NCBI RefSeq assembly: GCF_964204645.1
Contig: NC_134027.1
Location: 2,078,485 to 2,142,484 of the forward strand
Direction: 5' to 3'
DNA length: 64,000 nt
Source of the DNA: Tubulanus polymorphus
Taxonomy: Eukaryota > Animalia > Nemertea
Positions 15,905 to 26,760 of the stretch are shown here, piece by piece. Every line of letters begins with the position of its first letter. The first letter of the stretch is position 1. Made by a program: the position numbers and the translations under genes. The notes beneath the pieces are model-generated. The model searched no databases and was not told the DNA's origin. It was given only the letters and a program-made list of their open reading frames with translations.

Positions 15905-16120
15905 TTAACTATGGATTTTATATAAAATTTCTTTTGTTTTATTTCTAGATGGACGGAAAAGATGACGCTGATCGGATCGCATTAATGAAATCAAACTCTC
16001 AATTAATCTTTCCTTCTCATCAGGATAATGTGTTTCAGTTTCTAGTTTTAAATAATCTAAAGCATTAAATGACGGTGTCTCTGTTATACACGACTGGTTT
16101 GATGTGAAGGAAGAGCCATC
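15905..16120 (+). pseudogene. Orphan copy of the last intron end and 3'UTR exon of the secreted-protein family
   Basis: Aligns by eye to 22203-22420 (ctatggattt...ttttgttttatttctag|atggac...gtgtttcagtttctagtt...aagcatt...tctctgtt-tacacgactg...ggaaga-ccatcg). Acceptor AG ends at 15948. No intact coding exon seen upstream. Confidence 0.75.
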
Positions 16121-18274
16121 GGCAAGAATATTTCTTATTGGTTAATTTCGGTTCTTATTGCAATTTATCAGCTGGGTGAAATGTAGATCTTCCTTCAATT
16201 CAAGGAATTGGTGCGAACATCACGAAAATATACTTGACAGAAAATGTAGTAATTGAATTGTAAAACAATTCAGCAGAAGAGAAAAACTTATGAATATCGT
16301 AGTGATAATGGCATCGAAACGATATCGATAGCCACATTGATATCAGGCGTAATCTAAACACCGAATAAAACCCGTTCTCGTGGAAACTAAAAGAGATATA
16401 TAGAATAATAGACTATCGTTTTTCTCACCTTTACACGTCACAGCTGATCCTTAACATTGACTCGTTTTTGTTAACATTCGTGATTTACTTCAGGATTTTT
16501 CTATATACAAAAACCGTAATATTAAGCTTCATTTGACGCCTTTAGCATCGAGCCTAATTGGCTCGTGTACACTTGGTTTAACCGAATCAATGTTGTATTC
16601 TTCTAGGATTCTTTGCCCTAAAAAACAATATTGGTGCGCAGATGGGGCGTCGAGGTCCATTTCTACCCGATTTCACCCAATTTCAAGCTCGGGGAGCGCG
16701 CTGTAGTAATTTATGGTGAGGATTGCCTGGTGTTTGTTTATAACGGCGTTCGCACGCGCCCGGTCACATGTTCCCCTAATCTTCGCGACGAAGTTGACAA
16801 ATTTCGCAACTTTTCGACGGGTCTTTGTCGGCTGTGACTTGGCAGGTGTCACGTTCGCTTGGCTTACCTCGCTGATAAAATCAAATGCAAATTATGCGAC
16901 TTCTGACAGCTGAATTTAGATTCTGTTTAAATGGAATTATTATTGCGATGAACGGAACGTCGCTCGTGATTCGTAGGTCAAAAGGGGACATTTTACTTTC
17001 ATCTAATTACATTGTGATATTGCATCAGATGGAGTTCTGAGATAAGAAACTTCTGACTTTAAATCCGGGTCAAAATGTCCCGGTATTGTCTTAAGAATTA
17101 AAAGGATTAAGGTTTTAGTCTTGGTCTTATGGTCGCGGTTGTCATTTCACCACGTCACAAGATATTGATGTTGTATCGCTTTTCTGCCAAACGATCTTTC
17201 ATTTCCCGCCCATACAGCTAATCTCCAAAACCGATTTTATGATTTTCTATTTTTTGTACACTTATTTCTCATTGTGGTAAATATTTAATACAAATGAAAC
17301 CTTTGGAGCAGTAGAACATGGCCGAAGACTAATTGAATTGAAAAGATACATACGATGATTAAGAAAACTGAGTTCTACTTTAACAAAAACAAATACATAC
17401 TCGCGCGTTAATGTAATTGGTTTATAAACCAAAACGTGTTTTTCGTCGTGATCCGGTCATTTTTTCACCTGAAACTATCAGTTAAAAACAAATCAATCTC
17501 CTTTTAAAACCTCGCGATCACGAACTGTAACGCTTTGCGGTCTGCGGATGCTGCTAAGCGCTTTGTTCACGGCCGTACGGTCAATGTTTAGTGGATTACC
17601 AAGATTTGCTAACTGTAATCATCCCGAGTGGGTTGACTTTATGCGACTAATGCCAGCGATGATTTGACACAACCTGTCGTTTTGCTTCGAGTTAATCGAG
17701 TTACTATCGCTGTTGCTACCGGAAAACACGCGTATAATGAATTCAATATCGCCGATTCGAGGATGTGGCTTATTATGTAACCGGTTTCGTTTTCAATTTT
17801 CGGATGAGACGTTACTGGTTTCACGTGGCTTCTGCGACGGAATTCGTTACTTAATACCGATAAAGAGATTTGATTCACCAGAGGGATGACAGCACTCCCC
17901 GATTTAACAGACTTGCCACAGAGCAATCTAGTTGCTGCCATAAGATAAGATACCTTTATTCATCGCGACAAGGATGTAGACAAACATGCTAATAATACAT
18001 TATGTAAAAAATAAGGGATTTACAGGACATTTCAACATATCTATTCATCAATGATTTCGGGTCCTTCGTATTCAATAACTCGTAATATTTTAGCTCATCA
18101 GTAAGCCTGATGATGGCCAGTGTTTAACCGACACATTGCTCGAAATATATACCAAATATATGCCATGCTTTTTATTTTTTGGCTGAATTTATAGTGGGAC
18201 TTCTCTCGTTACTTAACATGCTTAATGAATTATTTTTACAGGTAACCACCGCGCGTAACTTTATCTGAATGCCT

Positions 18275-18410
18275 TACCGTGAGGTGCTGCCACTATGCTC
18301 ATAATTAGCGGAATTCTCGTACACTACTATGAACCACCCCTGGCAATTAGCTTCGTGTTAGTGTATAAAAAAGCCGCTAATGATTTGCATAGCGGCAGCA
18401 CCTAACGGTA
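18275..18410. mobile_element. Small MITE, TA-flanked (Tc1/mariner-like)
   Basis: 24-bp inverted termini taccgtgaggtgctgccactatgc / gcatagcggcagcacctaacggta with 2 mismatches, TA at both ends. Confidence 0.65.
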
Positions 18411-19167
18411 GAAGGATCGTGGTGGTTGAAGCTTGATCGTCAATAGAGGCTTCGTCTGATTCAACCCCACGTGCAGCATACCCGGTTGATTCTAACTCGA
18501 ATAAGTTAGGACTTGGACCTGAATTAAAACTTTTATTTTATTACAAAGGTTACATAGGAAATGACACAGGAGACCGGTAGACAAGACAAACAATCATGAA
18601 CGTACAGTATTGGTATAGATAGACAACAATTTAAAAAAGAGACTAGTTAGTAGAATCAGTGACATCTGCGGATAATAGAATGTTATTGCAATAGTTCTAA
18701 GATTGAGTGCCCTGGTGAATGTGAGAACTAGAGACTTGAAATGATTCTGATTATGATGAATCCACTGTGTATGATGACAAAAACGCGAACAATTTGTAGT
18801 GAACAAACTGAGCATACGAGTGATGCTGATGTTAAATGGGTTATGAAGACTTTGGGAAAAAGAATTTTAAATAAAATTTGTTTTGTATAAAACGTTTACC
18901 ATATGTGTCTGTAATAGTTAAGTAAAAAAAAATTAGCAACGGGACGCTCGCGGTTGCGCGCTGATGACTTGTGGTCGGTAGTTCAATACGTATTTATGAG
19001 TAAAGCCCAAGCCGCGCACCTTGACAACCCACGACGAATTGTGTAGGTAGTTGCACCCTCGATCACTACGTCCCTGGTTCAAGTCTTCGGTAAAATTATT
19101 TTCTAGGCTAAAAAATTAATTATCCGGCTGGGTTTTGAAATATTTCCTTTGATGCGATTCCAGCCTA

Positions 19168-19672
19168 CCAGAAGAAAGACATGGATTCCTACGAAAAAGT
19201 CCAAAGACGAGCAACAAAGTTAGTCCCCACTCTAAAAGACTCATAATATCAACAACAGATGATGCAACACAAACTACCATCGCTGAGTTACACACGTTCA
19301 CGTGGTGGCATGATCGCCGTGTACAACTGCCTACACGGGAACTACCGTATCAACTCTGAGAGACTAATACCACAGAACCACTATCGTAGAACTAGGGTCC
19401 ACTCACTGAAACTGGCAAAATCCCGATCAAGGAAAAACATCCGGAAGAACTTTTTCAGTCAACGCGTAAATAACTGGAATAGCCTAACAGAAGATATAGT
19501 TAATGCACCCAGCATTGACAGTTTCAAAGCGCGACTCGATAACTACCGGCAACACAAACTTACGAACAACGTCCACAGCTGGTTTCATACCTAGCAATAA
19601 TCAACAAGAGACAACCTAGAAATAGGCATATAATGCCTCCCGTTGGTTGTAACCGATGCGATACGATACGAT
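19168..19672 (+). mobile_element. 5'-truncated CR1/L2-group LINE relic (ORF2 C-terminus, 3'UTR and simple-repeat tail)
   Basis: Translation KDMDSYEKVQRRATKLVP...(stop)...RTRVHSLKLAKSRSRKNIRKNFFSQRVNNWNSLTEDIVNAPSIDSFKARLD is typical of CR1-type ORF2 ends. Terminates in gatacgatacgat. Confidence 0.85.
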
Positions 19673-20722
19673 GTAATTTTGCTGGGAAGTTGGCCGTTGG
19701 TTCTTAGTTTTGCCCATACATAGGAATGTATCATCATTGAAATACGTAATAGTGTCACGTGTTCCCGTTTTATAAATTCCTTTAATTGAAAAAAAAGAAA
19801 TTAAAATTTCCATTTTGTCAGGAGTGTGCGAATGTGTTCGATAGATCAGAATAAACACTACACATTTTGATATCGAACCTGAATTGAATCGACAATAGTC
19901 CAACTCGAGATCTAATGTCACCAGAGCGATCAGTTGAACTAACACAGGAAACACATATATATATTCAACCGATCCAGTTATTTAAAGGTACATAAGAATT
20001 GATGTTACAGATCGAAAAAATATCCCTTCGATTTAAAGAATCATGTAAACTCGAACGCCTAAACTAGCTATCAGTACTTCAAATACTGATTCCAAAATCA
20101 AACCCCTCCGCTTCGTTCCCAGTAGGCGTGATGGGTTTGTAAGGGATACCGAATCAAGTCAGATCATATCTAACTACCAAATAAAACGGTGATCCGATAA
20201 AATGTACCCACCCGTGAAGCAGAACAATCAACTTAAATTCGTTCATAACACCCGTCCTTGGGGTTCTTTGCTAGTATTATATAATTCTATGTTATGTTAT
20301 TTATTGTCGAAAATATGAAGCAATATATGTGTTATTTTTCAGGGTCGTCAATAAACTTTCAAGTAAGTTTTCTTGTTTTATGTTGGCCGCAGCACTTTTC
20401 CAATTCTTCCTAATCGACCGGGATTCGAACCTGATTTATACATCAGTTTCAATATAATTCAATAATCATTATATATCAATTGCTGTAATTTTCGCCCCGT
20501 TGTTTCCCTAAAACCCTTTTTTTATTACTACATGTACTTTTCTCATTTTCTCGGCGCCTGAAAAATGCCATCCGAAAATTCCAACAAAATAATTAAATTC
20601 AAGTATATACTTTAGAAAAAGTACCATAAAAGTACTCTTAAAATGTGCCATTGCAAAAACCGAATTCAATGAATCTAATTAATGTTTACTATTCACTTTA
20701 CTATTCAATTTTCACTACTCGT

Positions 20723-20846
20723 GATGAACAAATAAAGTTTTGTATATAAGAATCGGTTTTGGAAGTCTTTCTGTGGCGGTTTTTCTAACTGTGGAGTTTG
20801 ACAGACGTCTTCATCATCAGATCACACAAGGAGGATACAACTGAAG
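20723..20846 (+). promoter_or_regulatory. Promoter (TATATAA 20743-20749) and non-coding exon 1 of secreted gene A
   Basis: GATGAACAAATA followed by TATA box; donor gaag|gtaagt at 20847; intron ends ttcag at 20943. Paralogous to 25843-25947. Confidence 0.7.
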
Positions 20847-20953
20847 GTAAGTTTAACAATAGATATTAGTCCACTGTAAATTTCATCTCATGTTCACATT
20901 GATGGCGTTGGTTTTTGAAGTTCAAATCGAATGTTCATTTCAGTAATCGCATC

Positions 20954-22150
20954 ATGAGAGGTTTCACATTTTCCCTGCTGTTCCTGGCTTCCTTTGTAGC
21001 AGTAATAGAGAGTAGGCCTCAGCAGATGGTTTATTACGAGGCAGAAGGGTTAGGGGTAGACACAGGCTTTACAGGCGAGACAGGTTTCGGCGGGACAGGT
21101 TATGGTGCGACAGGTTACGGTAACACAGGTCTCGTCAGCGGTGCTGGCACAGCGATCATTGATACTTCTGGAACAGGAACAGGTTACTCCAATAGTAACA
21201 TACAATCAACATCTGGAAATAGCTACAGTTCTGGAACAGGAACAGGTTACTCCAATAGTAACATACAATCAACATCTGGAAATGGCTACAGTTCTGGAAC
21301 AGGAACAGGTTACTCCAATAGTAACATACAATCAACATCTGGAAATGGCTACAGTTCTGGAACAGGAACAGGTTACTCCAATAGTAACATACAATCAACA
21401 TCTGGAAATAGCTACAGTTCTGGAACAGGAACATCTTCAAGTGGAACAGCCGGAACATTTCAATATGGAGCAGATGGAGGTTTCTACAATTCTGCACAAA
21501 ATCTTTACTGGTACGTTGATGCTACAACAGGATCATTTTACTACTTGACCAATACAGTGCCAGCTGGAAGTTACTACGATACCGCCGCACGACTGTATTA
21601 TTACTACGATACCGCTACTGGAAAATATTACACCTACAACTCTACATATCAAGTGTTCTACTATTTAGACGGTACAGTTAACTACAATGCTGGCTCACCA
21701 ATACGTTCATCCGGCTCTAGTTCCTCCAGTTCAAATTCTGGAACAGGAACAAGTTACTCCAATAGTAACATACAATCAACATCTGGAAATAGCTACAGTT
21801 CTGGAACAGGAACATCTTCAAGTGGAACAGCCGGAACATTTCAATATGGAGCAGATGGAGGTTTCTACAATTCTGCACAAAATCTTTACTGGTACGTTGA
21901 TGCTAATACAGGATCATTTTACTACTTGACCAATACAGTGCCAGCTGGAAGTTACTACGATACCGCCGCACAACTGTATTATTACTACGATACCGCTACT
22001 GGAAAATATTACACCTACAACTCTACATATCAAGTGTTCTACTATTTAGACGGTACAGTTAACTACAATGCTGGCTCACCATTACGTTCCGACTCCGGTT
22101 CCTCCAGTTCCAATTCTCAAGTTCAAACAACAAATTACGGTTGCGGTTAA
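20954..22150 (+). CDS. Secreted Tyr/Gly/Ser/Thr-rich repetitive protein (gene A), single coding exon, 398 aa
   Basis: ATG at 20954 just after a splice acceptor; signal peptide MRGFTFSLLFLASFVAVIES. Contains four 21-aa repeats and a duplicated Tyr-rich module; ends YGCG. A 3'UTR intron spans 22164-22246. Confidence 0.85.
   Translation: MRGFTFSLLFLASFVAVIESRPQQMVYYEAEGLGVDTGFTGETGFGGTGYGATGYGNTGLVSGAGTAIIDTSGTGTGYSNSNIQSTSGNSYSSGTGTGYSNSNIQSTSGNGYSSGTGTGYSNSNIQSTSGNGYSSGTGTGYSNSNIQSTSGNSYSSGTGTSSSGTAGTFQYGADGGFYNSAQNLYWYVDATTGSFYYLTNTVPAGSYYDTAARLYYYYDTATGKYYTYNSTYQVFYYLDGTVNYNAGSPIRSSGSSSSSSNSGTGTSYSNSNIQSTSGNSYSSGTGTSSSGTAGTFQYGADGGFYNSAQNLYWYVDANTGSFYYLTNTVPAGSYYDTAAQLYYYYDTATGKYYTYNSTYQVFYYLDGTVNYNAGSPLRSDSGSSSSNSQVQTTNYGCG
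21167..21430 (+). repeat. 63-bp coding tandem repeat, four copies plus a partial
   Basis: Units start at 21167, 21230, 21293, 21356 and (partial) 21419; they encode SGTGTGYSNSNIQSTSGN[SG]YS. Confidence 0.95.
21356..22090 (+). repeat. Internal duplication with 381-bp offset (two near-identical Tyr-rich modules)
   Basis: 21356-~21710 matches 21737-~22090 with only a few substitutions. Confidence 0.95.
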
Positions 22151-22859
22151 ACAAGAGCACCAGGTAAACTATAACAGATTTAATATATGCTGACTATGTC
22201 CGCTATGGATTTCATATTAAACTACTATGTTTTGTTTTATTTCTAGATGGACAGAGAACAGACGCTGACCGGACCGTATTTATGATATCAATTTCTCAAT
22301 TAATCTCTACTTTTCTCATCTGGATATCGTGTTTCAGTTTCTAGTTGTTAAATAATATCAAGCATTCAATGATGTGGTCTCTGTTTTACACGACTGTGTT
22401 GACGTGATGGAAGAACCATCGAATGTAACTTTAACAACGCAAATTTTGGTCCTATTAGTGATGAATGGCCCGCGTCAGAAAATCCTACTGAAATCACGAA
22501 TAGACGTTCCATTGTGAAATACCAAAACCGAAGCTTAATTTGAACACATTATATTGACATGACAACGAGACAAACAATACCAATACGAATACAAATACCA
22601 ATACGAATATTTATTACACTTCAACCATTTCCATGGTATATGGAGGAAAAAACAGAATTTAGAATTATTTACAAAAACAGGAAATAAAAGTATTTTAAAA
22701 GATAAAAAACAACGATCAACACATTACGACACAGACAAACTGTCTCAGCTCAGAGGACGAAGTAATAACAAATATGTAAAGGAATATTAAATTACAATAT
22801 ACAATATAACACGAACAAAGAGCTCAGTAGCAGAATTAATAGATGCTCTCAAAAACGGT

Positions 22860-23225
22860 ATTTCCGCCGCTGGTTCAAACCGTGATATACCGAGACAACC
22901 TGGAAATAGGCATAAAAATGCCTCACGATTCGATACCATACCATACGATACCATACCATACGATACCATACCATACGATACCATACCATACGATACCATA
23001 CCATACGATACCATACCATACGATACCATACCATACGATACCATACGATACCATACCATACCATACCCATACGATACGATACCATACGATACGATACGAT
23101 ACGATACCATACGATACCATACGATACGATACCATACCATACGATACCATACCACACCATACAATACCATACCGTACCGTACCATACAATACCATACCGT
23201 ACCGTACCATACCATACCATACGAT
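22860..23225 (+). repeat. (ATACC/ATACG)n pentanucleotide microsatellite attached to a LINE 3' end
   Basis: Array spans ~22931-23225. It is preceded by gagacaacctggaaataggcataaaaatgcctc, nearly identical to the LINE 3'UTR at 19608-19640. Confidence 0.85.
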
Positions 23226-24222
23226 GAAATATTTCGCAATATTTTGGTGCGAGCAAAATGCAGGGAACCACACAGGAAGAAATTATGAGTTTCTTGGTCA
23301 TAATTTCATCGAGCCAAAAATACTGTAGCCACTTGAAATCATGGATTACTAAATGAGACAACACCAAAAAAGAACATCATCTACAATAACTTGACTTCGG
23401 AGGAATCCCGCAGAAAAAAAACATTGATAAAGCGAATAACATTTCCCGACATTAAGGACCGCTTTTTCCTAGTTGCCCAAAACTAATATTTTATATCATT
23501 GAAGTTTTTGAACTACACAACCGTGTAATCTTCAAATGTATACATAATGGTATATAAGCGACCTGCTGGGATATACTGTAGTACTGTCGAGAAGCTCTGA
23601 CTGGTCGTAAAATTCGATTGAAATTGGGAAACCAAAGTTGACACGTTTAGACACGTTTATCAAAATGACCACATGACTTAGCATGTATATTTATCTATTT
23701 CATGGAGTGGAGGTGACAAACTGGTTGAAACAAGTTATCACTGAGATTTAGAGTTCGATAGTGATGATATTTAGCAATGCATGATTAATTCGTCTACTAG
23801 AAAATTCACATCGCGTCCTTTTGCCCAATTCAGCAGCCAAATAAATCTTCCGTACCAATATACACGATCGAGCGGTATCGCGCTATGAGAAATTATGTCG
23901 GTTGAAAAAGGTCGAGAATATTCAAGTTCAAGTTGGAATTTATCTCACGAAAAGCATGACAGGCTGTATTGCGATTGAGATAAAAATAACAAACGATACA
24001 ATTTACAATTTCTAAATACAATTAAGAAAAAGAGAGCGAGAGAAAAAGTAGCTTTCTGTACGGGGTAAGCGAAGACTTAAGGATGCTGTCGCAAGCACCC
24101 AGTTCAAATTCAACACGTGACAGATGAATTCAGCATTTACTGGACACTTCCGGCCTCGTAATCATACAGCCATTCCTTTTCCACAAACGCCAAACCACTG
24201 TGAAAAAGGCGTGGCGTGTTAA

Positions 24223-24808
24223 GGCCCTCGCATACGAGCTGAAAACTTAAAGGCCCCGGCACAAGAGCGCATTTAGCGCAGAATATATAAGGCCCCCGAC
24301 ATGAACCGAAAAATGCGCTCAGCAAAAGGAAGCTGCGGCAAGCACGTATGCATTATACAACCATATTTACTGCATATCTGCACCATTTACTCGCGACTTT
24401 AATTGTCCTTGTCAAATCTATTTGAATATAAAGGGATTTTTCTCTTCTTATTACATCTTCATCGGCATTAAAAGTCTTGCAAGGGGAAACTTGTGATTTT
24501 GATAATTTAAGTAATCCCATATCATTAAGAAAGTGATATTCGTGTCATAAATCAGTGTGTTTCTAATCTGAAATCAATACGCTAGCCACTATTATCAGTT
24601 TTTGAGTAATGACGCATGCGCATTAACGACGAATGAAACGCAAATGACGCTGAGTTACCCGCACACAAGAGCGCAGTTGGCGCTGCGTCAAAAAATATCA
24701 AACATGATAGATATTTGGCTAACGACAAAATGCGCTCGAAAAGGCCCCCGCACAGGAGCCAGCGCTGCGCCATTTGCGTACGCAGTTTTCAGCTCGTGTG
24801 CGGGGGCC
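24223..24808. mobile_element. Non-autonomous DNA transposon with TTAA TSD and GG...CC termini (Kolobok-like)
   Basis: TTAA|ggccctcgcatacgagctgaaaact ... agttttcagctcgtgtgcgggggcc|TTAA, a ~25-bp TIR with 2 mismatches. Internal aaggcccc-gcac subterminal repeats. Confidence 0.75.
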
Positions 24809-25842
24809 TTAAAGTTGCCGCCTTTAATTTACTTCAATTTCGTCAAAAGCATATATTTAAAGGGAAAAAACGTCATTCGGTAAATTATCCGCTCCCGCAG
24901 AGAATCCTGGTTACGCCCCTGATGTCGTATCATAGTTACCTATAGACGATACCACTTTCGTGGATAAAAATGGTGGGTGTCAGTACTTAGGAACAATATA
25001 TAACAAAACGCACTGAAACGGAATTAATTTCGCTGAGTAAGATCAAACAATCGGGCGAGAAGCGAATAGGGTTTCCAATTATAGATAATTATATTAGACA
25101 GTTATTTGCCACGAGTTAACACTAATACAAGCCCTTTATTTACACAATTAACGCATTGAATCTACACCAAATATATTTACTTTCCGCGAATATCAAAAGC
25201 TGGAAAATAAATCCACCCACGATGCATTACCGGTTTTGTCAAATTATCTTTTGGTACCTTGCTAAACCCGGATAAGATAGATATAATATATTATTATCGT
25301 TATTATTATTATTACTAATGATAAAAATGATAACAAAAATATCTGTTTTATATGGATAAAAAAAACACGTGTAAAAAAGAACACATATAACATTAGTCGG
25401 TCACTTGAGTTGCAATGTTCAAGGTGAACAGAAAGAAGACATGTGACAGAATAAATTAAAGAATGTCATTGAAACGAAAGATGTACGATATAAGACTAAA
25501 TGAAATTATCATTCTTATCAGGTCCTACAACTGGTACGCCAGACACGTAAATGAATTAATTCAAGCTGAGGCTCACGCCTTCCTTCATTCTATTCCCATA
25601 TCTCTTCGCGGTCTTAGATCTTTGGGTTCGGATTTTTCGATAGAATCAGCTCTGGGGATTCTTCATGATGGCACGTAGGCCTACAGTAGGTATGAGTTCA
25701 ACCCAGACAAAAAATATCGCAATAAAAAGGTTCATGTATTAGAACCTAAATTCAATTATGTTTTATTGATTATGAACATTATTGCTAAAACGAATTGGAT
25801 AAATTTAATTGCTATTTGCTTTACAATTGTCATTTTTATAAA

Positions 25843-25947
25843 GATGAACAAATATAGTTTAGTATATAAACTTCGATTTCGATAGTCAATTCTGTAGTTT
25901 TTCAGGCGTGTTCATCATCAGCTCACATTTGGACGATACAATTGTAC
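25843..25947 (+). promoter_or_regulatory. Promoter (TATATAAA 25863-25870) and non-coding exon 1 of secreted gene B
   Basis: Same layout as gene A; donor tac|gtaagt at 25948; intron ends ttcag at 26055. Confidence 0.7.
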
Positions 25948-26061
25948 GTAAGTTTGAGACGGCTTAAAGATTGATTACATGATTTCATTTTAGGGCCTTT
26001 ATTTTTTGGGCATGGCGTAAGATTATTGAATGGGTAGTATTTTTCCCCATTTCAGTAAAAC

Positions 26062-26721
26062 ATGAAAGGTTTCACGTTTACCCTGCTGTTCCTGGCAATG
26101 ACGTTGTTTGTCGTGGTAGTAGAGAGTTTGTCTGTCGCCAAAAGGCTTTCGCCTCCAACCAACCCTGCACCTGCACCGGCAGGTCCCTCAATTTTACCAG
26201 TTAACGCCACCAAATCCAACTCAACCGGTAACTCTGATGACTCCGAATCAAGTAGTTCCAGCTCGGAATCATCCAGCTCCGAATCAAGTGAATCCAGCTC
26301 CGGATCAAGTGAATCCAGCTCCGAATCAAGTGAATCCAGCTCCGAGGAATCCAGCTCCAGTAGCTCAAGCTCAAGCTCAAGTTCTGAAGAAGACGTATCT
26401 GCTGTATCTGTTTCATCGTCTGAAGAAGATTTGGCGATTGCTATGATCCCCGTAGAGTTAGGTAGCTCAAGTAGTTCCAGTAGTTCGGAGAGCTCAGAAA
26501 GTTCGGAGAGCTCAGAAAGTAGTTCACAGAGCTCAGAGAGTAGTTCGGAGAGCTCAGAGAGTAGTTCGGAGAGCTCAGAGAGTAGTTCGGAGAGCTCAGA
26601 GAGTAGTTCGGAGAGCTCAGAAAGCGAATCATCGTCATCATCGAGCAGTTCCGAGGAAGAGTCCGGTGGCAGCGGCGCTTCAAACAGCACAGTACCTGCT
26701 GTTTCAGCAGCGGTCGCTTAA
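26062..26721 (+). CDS. Secreted acidic poly-Ser/Glu protein (gene B), single coding exon, 219 aa
   Basis: Signal peptide MKGFTFTLLFLAMTLFVVVVES, a Pro-rich linker, and two Ser/Glu tracts built from 21-bp repeats with many S-x-E motifs. 3'UTR intron 26765-26913; AATAAA at 27039. Confidence 0.85.
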   Translation: MKGFTFTLLFLAMTLFVVVVESLSVAKRLSPPTNPAPAPAGPSILPVNATKSNSTGNSDDSESSSSSSESSSSESSESSSGSSESSSESSESSSEESSSSSSSSSSSSEEDVSAVSVSSSEEDLAIAMIPVELGSSSSSSSSESSESSESSESSSQSSESSSESSESSSESSESSSESSESSSESSESESSSSSSSSEEESGGSGASNSTVPAVSAAVA

Positions 26722-26760
26722 AGCAGGGAAGTGTGATCATCACACTTCCCTGCTTAAAGC
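26717..26760. repeat. Perfect palindrome/hairpin directly at the gene B stop codon
   Basis: aagcagggaagtgtgat-c-atcacacttccctgctt, with 17-bp arms at 26721-26737 and 26739-26755. Confidence 0.95.

Noticed and set aside
20415-20435. B-box-like GGTTCGAATCC motifs (also near 31667) as tRNA genes
   Set aside because: No cloverleaf or matching A-box seen; at most SINE debris.
21167-21430. Regular 63-bp repeats as a CRISPR array
   Set aside because: The units are contiguous with no unique spacers, lie in frame within a eukaryotic ORF, and no cas genes are present.
21102-21929. Alternative-frame and antisense ORFs over gene A
   Set aside because: Repeat-derived shadow ORFs without independent gene signals.
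22787-23367. Four overlapping ORFs (YGMVW/IPYHT repeats)
   Set aside because: Artefacts of a stop-free pentanucleotide microsatellite.
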